64,000 bases of DNA from Balanoglossus misakiensis. Taxonomy: Eukaryota > Animalia > Hemichordata. Position 1 is the first letter of the stretch; each line of letters starts with the position of its first letter. The translations under genes and the position numbers were made by a program. The notes below the pieces were generated by a model that was not told the origin of the DNA, searched no databases, and was given only the letters and a program-made list of their open reading frames with translations. Below are positions 19,901 through 34,430 of this stretch, piece after piece. The stretch lies in the NCBI GenBank assembly GCA_040954595.2, contig CM082577.2, positions 20,620,303 through 20,684,302 of the forward strand, written 5' to 3'.

Positions 19901-22900
19901 CAGACGAGAACCGGCTTATTCTACGTGGTATGGCCGTGGGCGAAGGATTGTTGAATTTCTCCTACTATAAACCTGAATCCTACACCATTGGACACATAGC
20001 CCGATCTGGCTAATTTTTGTGGGTAACCGATCGTCCTTCCATAGCTTATAAGGCAAGTAGGGTCAAAAAATATGGTTTGTTTTGTTCTGCAAAAAGTGGT
20101 TTTAAAATTCAGACACTTGCAGAAAGAGGAAGAAACGGACACTTGCGACAAAAATATTATCCATCAGGCTACTCTTTAATGGAAAAGTTGGAAAAATGAA
20201 GCCTACAGCACGTAGTATTCCCAGGTGGTCTCCCATCCAAGTACTAACTACGCCCAACGCAGGTTTGCTTCGGTGATCAGACGAGAACCGGCTTATTCTA
20301 CGTGGTATGGCCGTAGGCGAAAGATGGTTGAATTTCTCCTACTATAAACCTGAATCCTACACCATTGAACACATAGTCCGACTTGGCTAATTTTGTGGGT
20401 AACCGATCGACCTTCCATAGCTTATAAGGCAAGTGGGATGATAAAATATGGTTGCTTTGTTGTGCAAAAAGTGGTTTTAAAATTCAGACACTTGCAGAAA
20501 GAGGAAGAAACGGACACTTGCGACAAAAATATTATCCATCAGGCTACTCTTTAATGGAAAAGTTGGAAAAAATGAAGCCTACAGCACGTAGTATTCCCAG
20601 GTGGTCTCCCATCCAAGTACTAACTACGCCCAACGCAGGTTTGCTTCTGTGATCAGACGAGAACCGGCTTATTCTACGTGGTATGGCCGTAGGCGAAGGA
20701 TTGTTGAATTTCTCCTACTATAAACCTGAATCCTACACCATTGGACACATAGCCCGATCTGGCTAATTTTTGTGGGTAACCGATCGACCTTCCATAGCTT
20801 ATAAGGCAAGTAGGGTCAAAAAATATGGTTTGTTTTGTTCTGCAAAAAGTGGTTTTAAAATTCAGACACTTGCAGAAAGAGGAAGAAACGGACACTTGCG
20901 ACAAAAATATTATCCATCAGGCTACTCTTTAATGGAAAAGTTGGAAAAATGAAGCCTACAGCACGTAGTATTCCCAGGTGGTTTCCCATCCAAGTACTAA
21001 CTACGCCCAACGCAGGTTTGCTTCGGTGATCAGACGAGAACCGGCTTATTCTACGTGGTATGGCCGTGGGCGAAAGATGGTTGAATTTCTCCTACTATAA
21101 ACCTGAATCCTACACCATTGAACACATAGCCCGATCTGGCTAATTTTTGTGGGTAACCGATCGACCTTCCATAGCTTATAAGGCAAGTAGGGTCAAAAAA
21201 TATGGTTTGTTTTGTTCTGCAAAAAGTGGTTTTAAAATTCAGACACTTGCAGAAAGAGGAAGAAACGGACACTTGCGACAAAAATATTATCCATCAGGCT
21301 ACTCTTTAATGGAAAAGTTGGAAAAATGAAGCCTACAGCACGTAGTATTCCCAGGTGGTCTCCCATCCAAGTACTAACTACGCCCAACGCAGGTTTGCTT
21401 CGGTGATCAGACGAGAACCGGCTTATTCTACGTGGTATGGCCGTAGGCGAAAGATGGTTGAATTTCTCCTACTATAAACCTGAATCCTACACCATTGAAC
21501 ACATAGTCCGACTTGGCTAATTTTGTGGGTAACCGATCGACCTTCCATAGCTTATAAGGCAAGTGGGATGATAAAATATGGTTGCTTTGTTGTGCAAAAA
21601 GTGGTTTTAAAATTCAGACACTTGCAGAAAGAGGAAGAAACGGACACTTGCGACAAAAATATTATCCATCAGGCTACTCTTTAATGGAAAAGTTGGAAAA
21701 AATGAAGCCTACAGCACGTAGTATTCCCAGGTGGTCTCCCATCCAAGTACTAACTACGCCCAACGCAGGTTTGCTTCGGTGATCAGACGAGAACCGGCTT
21801 ATTCTACGTGGTATGGCCGTAGGCGAAGGATTGTTGAATTTCTCCTACTATAAACCTGAATCCTACACCATTGGACACATAGCCCGATCTGGCTAATTTT
21901 TGTGGGTAACCGATCGACCTTCCATAGCTTATAAGGCAAGTAGGGTAAAAAAAAATATGGTTTGTTTTGTTCTGCAAAAAGTGGTTTTAAAATTCAGACA
22001 CTTGCAGAAAGAGGAAGAAACGGACACTTGCGACAAAAATATTATCCATCAGGCTACTCTTTAATGGAAAAGTTGGAAAAATGAAGCCTACAGCACGTAG
22101 TATTCCCAGGTGGTTTCCCATCCAAGTACTAACTACGCCCAACGCAGGTTTCCTTCGGGGATCAGACGAGAACCGGCTTATTCTACGTGGTATGGCCGTA
22201 GGCGAAAGATGGTTGAATTTCTCCTACTAAAAACCTGAATCCTACACCATTGAACACATAGTCCGACTTGGCTAATTTTTGTGGGTAACCGATCGACCTT
22301 CCATAGCTTATAAGGCAAGTAGGATCAAAAATATGGTTTGTTTTGTTTTGCAAAAAGTGGAATTCAGACACGTGCAGAAAGAGGAAGAAACGGACACTTG
22401 CGTCAAAAATATTATCCATCCGGCTACTCTTTAATGGAAAAGTTGGAAAAAATGAAGCCTACAGCACGTAGTATTCCCAGGTGGTCTCCCATCCAAGTAC
22501 TAACTACGCCCAACGCAGGTTTGCTTCGGTGATCAGACGAGAACCGGCTTATTCTACGTGGTATGGCCGTAGGCGAAAGATGGTTGAATTTCTCCTACTA
22601 TAAACCTCAATCCTACACCATTGAACACATAGTCCGACTTGGCTAATTTTTGTGGGTAACCGATCGACCTTCCATAGCTTATACGGCAAGTAGGATAAAA
22701 AAATATGGTTTGTTTTGTTTTGCAAAAAGTGGTTTTAAAATTCAGACACTTGCAGAAAGAGGAAGAAACGGACACTTGCGACAAAAATATTATCCATCAG
22801 GCTACTCTTTAATGGAAAAGTTGGAAAAAATGAAGCCTACAGCACGTAGTATTCCCAGGTGGTCTCCCATCCAAGTACTAACTACGCCCAACGCAGGTTT

Positions 22901-23199
22901 GCTTCTGTGATCAGACGAGAACCGGCTTATTCTACGTGGTATGGCCGTAGGCGAAAGATGGTTGAATTTCTCCTACTATAAACCTCAATCCTACACCATT
23001 GAACACATAGTCCGATTTGGCTAATTTTTGTGGGTAACCGATCGACCTTCCATAGCTTATACGGCAAGTAGGATAAAAAAATATGGTTTGTTTTGTTTTG
23101 CAAAAAGTGGTTTTAAAATTCAGACACTTGCAGAAAGAGGAAGAAACGGACACTTGCGTCAAAAATATTATCCATCAGGCTACTCTTTAATGGAAAAGT

Positions 23200-26100
23200 T
23201 GGAAAAAATGAAGCCTACAGCACGTAGTATTCCCAGGCGGTCTCCCATCCAAGTACTAACTACGCCCAACGCAGGTTTGCTTCGGTGATCAGACGAGAAC
23301 CGGCTTATTCTACGTGGTATGGCCGTAGGCGAAAGATGGTTGAATTTCTCCTACTATAAACCTGAATCCTACACCATTGAACACATAGTCCGACTTGGCT
23401 AATTTTGTGGGTAACCGATCGACCTTCCATAGCTTATAAGGCAAGTGGGATAATAAAATATGGTTGCTTTGTTCTGCAAAAAGTGTTTTTAGAATTCAGG
23501 CACTTTCAGAAAAGGAAGAAACGGACACTTGCGACAAAAATGTTATCCATCAGGCTATACTCTTTAATGGAAAAGTTGGAAAAAAAAATGAAGCCTACAG
23601 CACGTAGTATTCCCAGGCGGTATCCCATCCAAGTACTAACTACGCCCAACGCAGGTTTGCTTCGGGGATCAGACGAGAACCGGCTTATTCTACGTGGTAT
23701 GGCCGTAGGCGAAAGATGGTTGAATTTCTCCTACTAAAAACCTGAATCCTACACCATTGAACACATAGTCCGACTTGGCTAATTTTTGTGGGTAACCGAT
23801 CGACCTTCCATAGCTTATAAGGCAAGTAGGATCAAAAATATGGTTTGTTTTGTTTTGCAAAAAGTGGTTTTAAAATTCAGACACTTGCAGAAAGAGGAAG
23901 AAACGGACACTTGCGTCAAAAATATTATCCATCAGGCTACTCTTTAATGGAAAAGTTGGAAAAAATGAAGCCTACAGCACGTAGTATTCCCAGGTGGTCT
24001 CCCATCCAAGTACTAACTACGCCCAACGCAGGTTTGCTTCTGTGATCAGACGAGAACCGGCTTATTCTACGTGGTATGGCCGTAGGCGAAGGATTGTTGA
24101 ATTTCTCCTACTATAAACCTGAATCCTACACCATTGGACACATAGCCCGATCTGGCTAATTTTTGTGGGTAACCGATCGACCTTCCATAGCTTATAAGGC
24201 AAGTAGGGTCAAAAAATATGGTTTGTTTTGTTTTGCAAAAAGTGGTTTTAAAATTCAGACACTTGCAGAAAGAGGAAGAAACGGACACTTGCGAGAAAAA
24301 TATTATCCATCAGGCTACTCTTTAATGGAAAAGTTGGAAAAATGAAGCCTACAGCACGTAGTATTCCCAGGTGGTCTCCCATCCAAGTACTAACTACGCC
24401 CAACGCAGGTTTGCATCGGTGATCAGACGAGAACCGGCTTATTCTACGTGGTATGGCCGTAGGCGAAAGATGGTTGAATTTCTCCTACTAAAAACCTGAA
24501 TCCTACACCATTGAACACATAGTCCGACTTGGCTAATTTTGTGGGTAACCGATCGACCTTCCATAGCTTATAAGGCAAGTGGGATAATAAAATATGGTTG
24601 CTTTGTTCTGCAAAAAGTGTTTTTAGAATTCAGGCACTTTCAGAAAAGGAAGAAATCGACACTTGCGACAAAAATGTTATCCATCAGGCTATACTCTTTA
24701 ATGGAAAAGTTGGAAAAAAAATGAAGCCTACAGCACGTAGTATTCCCAGGCGGTCTCCCATCCAATTACTAACTACGCCCAACGCAGGTTTGCTTCGGGG
24801 ATCAGACGAGAACCGGCTTATTCTACGTTGTATGGCCGTAGGCGAAAGATGGTTGAATTTCTCCTACTATAAACCTGAATCCTACACCATTGAACACATA
24901 GTCCGACTTGGCTAATTTTTGTGGGTAACCGATCGACCTTCCATAGCTTATAAGGCAAGTATGATCAAAAATATGGTTTGTTTTGTTTTGCAAAAAGTGG
25001 TTTTAAAATTCAGACACTTGCAGAAAGAGGAAGAAACGGACACTTGCATCAAAAATAATATCCATCAGGCTACTCTTTAATGGAAAAGGTGGAAAAAATG
25101 AAGCCTACAGCACGTAGTATTCCCAGGTGGTCTCCCATCCAAGTACTAACTACGCCCAACGCAGGTTTGCTTCTGTGATCAGACGAGAACCGGCTTATTC
25201 TACGTGGTATGGCCGTAGGCGAAGGATTGTTGAATTTCTCCTACTATAAACCTGAATCCTACACCATTGGACACATAGCCCGATCTGGCTAATTTTGTGG
25301 GTAACCGATCGACCTTCCATAGCTTATAAGGCAAGTAGGATCAAAAATATGGTTTGTTTTGTTTTGCAAAAAGTGGTTTTAAAATTCAGACACTTGCAGA
25401 AAGAGGAAGAAACGGACACTTAAGACAAAAATATTATCCATCAGGCTACTCTTTAATGGAAAAGTTGGAAAAAATTAAGCCTACAGCACGTAGTATTCCC
25501 AGGCGGTCTCCCATCCAAGTACTAACTACGCCCAACGCAGGTTTGCTTCGGGGATCAGACGAGAACCGGCTTATTCTACGTTGTATGGCCGTAGGCGAAA
25601 GATGGTTGAATTTCTCCTACTATAAACCTGAATCCTACACCATTGAACACATAGTCCGACTAGGCTAATTTTTGTGGGTAACCGATCGACCTACAGCACG
25701 TAGTATTCCCAGGTGGTCTCCCATCCAAGTACTAACTACGCCCAACGCAGGTTTGCTTCGGTGATCAGACGAGAACCGGCTTATTCTACGTGGTATGGCC
25801 GTAGGCGAAAGATGGTTGAATTTCTCCTACTATAAACCTGAATCCTACACCATTGAACACATAGTCCGACTTGGCTAATTTTGTGGGTAACCGATCGACC
25901 TTCCATAGCTTATAAGGCAAGTGGGATAATAAAATATGGTTGCTTTGTTCTGCAAAAAGTGGTTTTAGAATTCAGGCTCTTTCAGAAAAGGAAGAAACGG
26001 ACACTTGCGACAAAAAATGTTATCCATCAGGCTACTCTTTAATGGAAAAGTTGGAAAAAAAATGAAGCCTACAGCACGTATTATTCCCAGGCGGTCTCCC

Positions 26101-29100
26101 ATCCAAGTACTAACTACGCCCAACGCAGGTTTGCTTCGGTGATCAGACGAGAACCGGCTTATTCTACGTGGTATGGCCGTAGGCGAAAGATGGTTGAATT
26201 TCTCCTACTATAAACCTGAATCCTACACCATTGAACACATAGTCCGACTTGGCTAATTTTTGTGGGTAACCGATCGACCTACAGCACGTAGTATTCCCAG
26301 GTGGTCTCCCATCCAAGTACTAACTACGCCCAACGCAGGTTTGCTTCGGTGATCAGACGAGAACCGGCTTATTCTACGTGGTATGGCCGTAGGCGAAAGA
26401 TGGTTGAATTTCTCCTACTATAAACCTGAATCCTACACCATTGAACACATAGTCCGACTTGGCTAATTTTGTGGGTAACCGATCGACCTTCCATAGCTTA
26501 TAAGGCAAGTGGGATAATAAAATATGGTTGCTTTGTTCTGCAAAAAGTGGTTTTAGAATTCAGGCTCTTTCAGAAAAGGAAGAAACGGACACTTGCGACA
26601 AAAAATGTTATCCATCAGGCTACTCTTTAATGGAAAAGTTGGAAAAAAAATGAAGCCTACAGCACGTATTATTCCCAGGCGGTCTCCCATCCAAGTACTA
26701 ACTACGCCCAACGCAGGTTTGCTTCGGTGATCAGACGAGAACCGGCTTATTCTACGTGGTATGGCCGTAGGCGAAAGATGGTTGAATTTCTCCTACTATA
26801 AACCTGAATCCTACACCATTGAACACATAGTCCGACTTGGCTAATTTTTGTGGGTAACCGATCGACCTTCCATAGCTTATAAGCCAAGTAGGATCAAAAA
26901 TATGGTTTGTTTTGTTTTGCAAAAAGTGGTTTTAAAATTCAGACACTTGCAGAAAGAGGAAGAAACGGACACTTGCGTCAAAAATATTATCCATCAGGCT
27001 ACTCTTTAATGGAAAAGTTGGAAAAAATGAAGCCTACTGCACGTAGTATTCCCAGGCGGTCTCCCATCCAAGTACTAACTACGCCCAACGCAGGTTTGCT
27101 TCGGTGATCAGACGAGAACCGGCTTATTCTACGTGGTATGGCCGTGGGCGAAGGATTGTTGAATTTCTCCTACTATAAACCTGAATCCTACACCATTGGA
27201 CACATAGCCCGATCTGGCTAATTTTTGTGGGTAACCGATCGACCTTCCATAGCTTATAAGGCAAGTAGGGTAAAAAAATATGGTTTGTTTTGTTCTGCAA
27301 AAAGTGGTTTTAAAATTCAGACACTTGCAGAAAGAGGAAGAAACGGACACTTGCGACAAAAATATTATCCATCAGGCTACTCTTTAATGGAAAAGTTGGA
27401 AAAATGAAGCCTACAGCACGTAGTATTCCCAGGTGGTCTCCCATCCAAGTACTAACTACGCCCAACGCAGGTTTGCTTCGGTGATCAGACGAGAACCGGC
27501 TTATTCTACGTGGAATGGCCGTAGGCGAAAGATGGTTGAATTTCTCCTACTATAAACCTGAATCCTACACCATTGAACACATAGTCCGACTTGGCTAATT
27601 TTGTGGGTAACCGATCGACCTTCCATAGCTTATAAAGCAAGTGGGATGATAAAATATGGTTGCTTTGTTGTGCAAAAAGTGGTTTTAAAATTCAGACACT
27701 TGCAGAAAGAGGAAGAAACGGACACTTGCGACAAAAATATTATCCATCAGGCTACTCTTTAATGGAAAAGTTGGAAAAAATGAAGCCTTCAGCACGTAGT
27801 ATTCCCAGGTGGTCTCCCATCCAAGTACTAACTACGCCCAACGCAGGTTTGCTTCTGTGATCAGACGAGAACCGGCTTATTCTACGTGGTATGGCCGTAG
27901 GCGAAGGATTGTTGAATTTCTCCTACTATAAACCTGAATCCTACACCATTGGACACATAGCCCGATCTGGCTAATTTGTGTGGGTAACCGATCGACCTTC
28001 CATAGCTTATAAGGCAAGTAGGGTCAAAAAATATGGTTTGTTTTGTTCTGCAAAAAGTGGTTTTAAAATTCAGACACTTGCAGAAAGAGGAAGAAACGGA
28101 CACTTGCGACAAAAATATTATCCATCAGGCTACTCTTTAATGGAAAAGTTGGAAAAATGAAGCCTACAGCACGTAGTATTCCCAGGTGGTTTCCCATCCA
28201 AGTACTAACTACGCCCAACGCAGGTTTGCTTCGGTGATCAGACGAGAACCGGCTTATTCTACGTGGTATGGCCGTAGGCGAAAGACGGTTGAATTTCTCC
28301 TACTATAAACCTGAATCCTACACCATTGAACACATAGTCCGACTTGGCTAATTTTGTGGGTAACCGATCGACCTTCCATAGCTTATAAGGCAAGTGGGAT
28401 AATAAAATATGGTTGCTTTGTTCTGCAAAAAGTGTTTTTAAAATTCAGACACTTGCAGAAAGAGGAAGAAACGGACACTTGCGTCAAAAATATTATCCAT
28501 CAGGCTACTCTTTAATGGAAAAGTTGGAAAAAAATGAAGCCTACAGCACGTAGTATTCCCAGGCGGTCTCCCATCCAAGTACTAACTACGCCCAACGCAG
28601 GTTTGCTTCGGTGATCAGACGAGAACCGGCTTATTCTACGTGGTATGGCCGTAGGCGAAAGATGGTTGAATTTCTCCTACTATAAACCTCAATCCTACAC
28701 CATTGAACACATAGTCCGACTTGGCTAATTTTGTGGGTAACCGATCGACCTTCCATAGCTTATAAGGCAAGTGGGATAATAAAATATGGTTGCTTTGTTC
28801 TGCAAAAAGTGTTTTTAAAATTCAGACACTTGCAGAAAGAGGAAGAAACGGACACTTGCGTCAAAAATATTATCCATCAGGCTACTCTTTAATGGAAAAG
28901 TTGGAAAAAAATGAAGCCTACAGCACGTAGTATTCCCAGGCGGTCTCCCATCCAAGTACTAACTACGCCCAACGCAGGTTTGCTTCGGTGATCAGACGAG
29001 AACCGGCTTATTCTACGTGGTATGGCCGTAGGCGAAAGATGGTTGAATTTCTCCTACTATAAACCTGAATCCTACACCATTGAACACATAGTCCGACTTG

Positions 29101-32100
29101 GCTAATTTTGTGGGTAACCGATCGACCTTCCATAGCTTATAAGGCAAGTGGGATAATAAAATATGGTTGCTTTGTTCTGCAAAAAGTGTTTTTAGAATTC
29201 AGGCACTTTCAGAAAAGGAAGAAACGGACACTTGCGACAAAAATGTTATCCATCAGGCTATACTCTTTAATGGAAAAGTTGGAAAAAAAAATGAAGCCTA
29301 CAGCACGTAGTATTCCCAGGCGGTATCCCATCCAAGTACTAACTACGCCCAACGCAGGTTTGCTTCGGGGATCAGACGAGAACCGGCTTATTCTACGTGG
29401 TATGGCCGTAGGCGAAAGATGGTTGAATTTCTCCTACTAAAAACCTGAATCCTACACCATTGAACACATAGTCCGACTTGGCTAATTTTTGTGGGTAACC
29501 GATCGACCTTCCATAGCTTATAAGGCAAGTAGGATCAAAAATATGGTTTGTTTTGTTTTGCAAAAAGTGGTTTTAAAATTCAGACACTTGCAGAAAGAGG
29601 AAGAAACGGACACTTGCGTCAAAAATATTATCCATCAGGCTACTCTTTAATGGAAAAGTTGGAAAAAATGAAGCCTACAGCACGTAGTATTCCCAGGTGG
29701 TCTCCCATCCAAGTACTAACTACGCCCAACGCAGGTTTGCTTCTGTGATCAGACGAGAACCGGCTTATTCTACGTGGTATGGCCGTAGGCGAAGGATTGT
29801 TGAATTTCTCCTACTATAAACCTGAATCCTACACCATTGGACACATAGCCCGATCTGGCTAATTTTTGTGGGTAACCGATCGACCTTCCATAGCTTATAA
29901 GGCAAGTAGGGTCAAAAAATATGGTTTGTTTTGTTTTGCAAAAAGTGGTTTTAAAATTCAGACACTTGCAGAAAGAGGAAGAAACGGACACTTGCGAGAA
30001 AAATATTATCCATCAGGCTACTCTTTAATGGAAAAGTTGGAAAAATGAAGCCTACAGCACGTAGTATTCCCAGGTGGTCTCCCATCCAAGTACTAACTAC
30101 GCCCAACGCAGGTTTGCATCGGTGATCAGACGAGAACCGGCTTATTCTACGTGGTATGGCCGTAGGCGAAAGATGGTTGAATTTCTCCTACTAAAAACCT
30201 GAATCCTACACCATTGAACACATAGTCCGACTTGGCTAATTTTGTGGGTAACCGATCGACCTTCCATAGCTTATAAGGCAAGTGGGATAATAAAATATGG
30301 TTGCTTTGTTCTGCAAAAAGTGTTTTTAGAATTCAGGCACTTTCAGAAAAGGAAGAAATCGACACTTGCGACAAAAATGTTATCCATCAGGCTATACTCT
30401 TTAATGGAAAAGTTGGAAAAAAAATGAAGCCTACAGCACGTAGTATTCCCAGGCGGTCTCCCATCCAATTACTAACTACGCCCAACGCAGGTTTGCTTCG
30501 GGGATCAGACGAGAACCGGCTTATTCTACGTTGTATGGCCGTAGGCGAAAGATGGTTGAATTTCTCCTACTATAAACCTGAATCCTACACCATTGAACAC
30601 ATAGTCCGACTTGGCTAATTTTTGTGGGTAACCGATCGACCTTCCATAGCTTATAAGGCAAGTATGATCAAAAATATGGTTTGTTTTGTTTTGCAAAAAG
30701 TGGTTTTAAAATTCAGACACTTGCAGAAAGAGGAAGAAACGGACACTTGCATCAAAAATAATATCCATCAGGCTACTCTTTAATGGAAAAGGTGGAAAAA
30801 ATGAAGCCTACAGCACGTAGTATTCCCAGGTGGTCTCCCATCCAAGTACTAACTACGCCCAACGCAGGTTTGCTTCTGTGATCAGACGAGAACCGGCTTA
30901 TTCTACGTGGTATGGCCGTAGGCGAAGGATTGTTGAATTTCTCCTACTATAAACCTGAATCCTACACCATTGGACACATAGCCCGATCTGGCTAATTTTG
31001 TGGGTAACCGATCGACCTTCCATAGCTTATAAGGCAAGTAGGATCAAAAATATGGTTTGTTTTGTTTTGCAAAAAGTGGTTTTAAAATTCAGACACTTGC
31101 AGAAAGAGGAAGAAACGGACACTTAAGACAAAAATATTATCCATCAGGCTACTCTTTAATGGAAAAGTTGGAAAAAATTAAGCCTACAGCACGTAGTATT
31201 CCCAGGCGGTCTCCCATCCAAGTACTAACTACGCCCAACGCAGGTTTGCTTCGGGGATCAGACGAGAACCGGCTTATTCTACGTTGTATGGCCGTAGGCG
31301 AAAGATGGTTGAATTTCTCCTACTATAAACCTGAATCCTACACCATTGAACACATAGTCCGACTAGGCTAATTTTTGTGGGTAACCGATCGACCTACAGC
31401 ACGTAGTATTCCCAGGTGGTCTCCCATCCAAGTACTAACTACGCCCAACGCAGGTTTGCTTCGGTGATCAGACGAGAACCGGCTTATTCTACGTGGTATG
31501 GCCGTAGGCGAAAGATGGTTGAATTTCTCCTACTATAAACCTGAATCCTACACCATTGAACACATAGTCCGACTTGGCTAATTTTGTGGGTAACCGATCG
31601 ACCTTCCATAGCTTATAAGGCAAGTGGGATAATAAAATATGGTTGCTTTGTTCTGCAAAAAGTGGTTTTAGAATTCAGGCTCTTTCAGAAAAGGAAGAAA
31701 CGGACACTTGCGACAAAAAATGTTATCCATCAGGCTACTCTTTAATGGAAAAGTTGGAAAAAAAATGAAGCCTACAGCACGTATTATTCCCAGGCGGTCT
31801 CCCATCCAAGTACTAACTACGCCCAACGCAGGTTTGCTTCGGTGATCAGACGAGAACCGGCTTATTCTACGTGGTATGGCCGTAGGCGAAAGATGGTTGA
31901 ATTTCTCCTACTATAAACCTGAATCCTACACCATTGAACACATAGTCCGACTTGGCTAATTTTTGTGGGTAACCGATCGACCTACAGCACGTAGTATTCC
32001 CAGGTGGTCTCCCATCCAAGTACTAACTACGCCCAACGCAGGTTTGCTTCGGTGATCAGACGAGAACCGGCTTATTCTACGTGGTATGGCCGTAGGCGAA

Positions 32101-34430
32101 AGATGGTTGAATTTCTCCTACTATAAACCTGAATCCTACACCATTGAACACATAGTCCGACTTGGCTAATTTTGTGGGTAACCGATCGACCTTCCATAGC
32201 TTATAAGGCAAGTGGGATAATAAAATATGGTTGCTTTGTTCTGCAAAAAGTGGTTTTAGAATTCAGGCTCTTTCAGAAAAGGAAGAAACGGACACTTGCG
32301 ACAAAAAATGTTATCCATCAGGCTACTCTTTAATGGAAAAGTTGGAAAAAAAATGAAGCCTACAGCACGTATTATTCCCAGGCGGTCTCCCATCCAAGTA
32401 CTAACTACGCCCAACGCAGGTTTGCTTCGGTGATCAGACGAGAACCGGCTTATTCTACGTGGTATGGCCGTAGGCGAAAGATGGTTGAATTTCTCCTACT
32501 ATAAACCTGAATCCTACACCATTGAACACATAGTCCGACTTGGCTAATTTTTGTGGGTAACCGATCGACCTTCCATAGCTTATAAGCCAAGTAGGATCAA
32601 AAATATGGTTTGTTTTGTTTTGCAAAAAGTGGTTTTAAAATTCAGACACTTGCAGAAAGAGGAAGAAACGGACACTTGCGTCAAAAATATTATCCATCAG
32701 GCTACTCTTTAATGGAAAAGTTGGAAAAAATGAAGCCTACTGCACGTAGTATTCCCAGGCGGTCTCCCATCCAAGTACTAACTACGCCCAACGCAGGTTT
32801 GCTTCGGTGATCAGACGAGAACCGGCTTATTCTACGTGGTATGGCCGTGGGCGAAGGATTGTTGAATTTCTCCTACTATAAACCTGAATCCTACACCATT
32901 GGACACATAGCCCGATCTGGCTAATTTTTGTGGGTAACCGATCGACCTTCCATAGCTTATAAGGCAAGTAGGGTAAAAAAATATGGTTTGTTTTGTTCTG
33001 CAAAAAGTGGTTTTAAAATTCAGACACTTGCAGAAAGAGGAAGAAACGGACACTTGCGACAAAAATATTATCCATCAGGCTACTCTTTAATGGAAAAGTT
33101 GGAAAAATGAAGCCTACAGCACGTAGTATTCCCAGGTGGTCTCCCATCCAAGTACTAACTACGCCCAACGCAGGTTTGCTTCGGTGATCAGACGAGAACC
33201 GGCTTATTCTACGTGGAATGGCCGTAGGCGAAAGATGGTTGAATTTCTCCTACTATAAACCTGAATCCTACACCATTGAACACATAGTCCGACTTGGCTA
33301 ATTTTGTGGGTAACCGATCGACCTTCCATAGCTTATAAAGCAAGTGGGATGATAAAATATGGTTGCTTTGTTGTGCAAAAAGTGGTTTTAAAATTCAGAC
33401 ACTTGCAGAAAGAGGAAGAAACGGACACTTGCGACAAAAATATTATCCATCAGGCTACTCTTTAATGGAAAAGTTGGAAAAAATGAAGCCTTCAGCACGT
33501 AGTATTCCCAGGTGGTCTCCCATCCAAGTACTAACTACGCCCAACGCAGGTTTGCTTCTGTGATCAGACGAGAACCGGCTTATTCTACGTGGTATGGCCG
33601 TAGGCGAAGGATTGTTGAATTTCTCCTACTATAAACCTGAATCCTACACCATTGGACACATAGCCCGATCTGGCTAATTTGTGTGGGTAACCGATCGACC
33701 TTCCATAGCTTATAAGGCAAGTAGGGTCAAAAAATATGGTTTGTTTTGTTCTGCAAAAAGTGGTTTTAAAATTCAGACACTTGCAGAAAGAGGAAGAAAC
33801 GGACACTTGCGACAAAAATATTATCCATCAGGCTACTCTTTAATGGAAAAGTTGGAAAAATGAAGCCTACAGCACGTAGTATTCCCAGGTGGTTTCCCAT
33901 CCAAGTACTAACTACGCCCAACGCAGGTTTGCTTCGGTGATCAGACGAGAACCGGCTTATTCTACGTGGTATGGCCGTAGGCGAAAGACGGTTGAATTTC
34001 TCCTACTATAAACCTGAATCCTACACCATTGAACACATAGTCCGACTTGGCTAATTTTGTGGGTAACCGATCGACCTTCCATAGCTTATAAGGCAAGTGG
34101 GATAATAAAATATGGTTGCTTTGTTCTGCAAAAAGTGTTTTTAAAATTCAGACACTTGCAGAAAGAGGAAGAAACGGACACTTGCGTCAAAAATATTATC
34201 CATCAGGCTACTCTTTAATGGAAAAGTTGGAAAAAAATGAAGCCTACAGCACGTAGTATTCCCAGGCGGTCTCCCATCCAAGTACTAACTACGCCCAACG
34301 CAGGTTTGCTTCGGTGATCAGACGAGAACCGGCTTATTCTACGTGGTATGGCCGTAGGCGAAAGATGGTTGAATTTCTCCAACTATAAACCTCAATCCTA
34401 CACCATTGAACACATAGTCCGACTTGGCTA
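23200..34430. repeat. Tandem duplication of a ~5.7-kb block (~16 units); boundaries approximate
   Basis: Rare variants and deletions recur at a 5703-bp offset (25690/31393, 26278/31981; ORF-track starts 23405/29108 and 27978/33681). Confidence 0.9.
25690..25806 (-). pseudogene. 5S copy lacking the last 3 nt and the terminator, in a 210-bp unit (also 26278-26394, 31393-31509, 31981-32097)
   Basis: Junction GATCGA-CCT-ACAGCACG; ~167-bp deletion with CCT microhomology. Confidence 0.85.
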
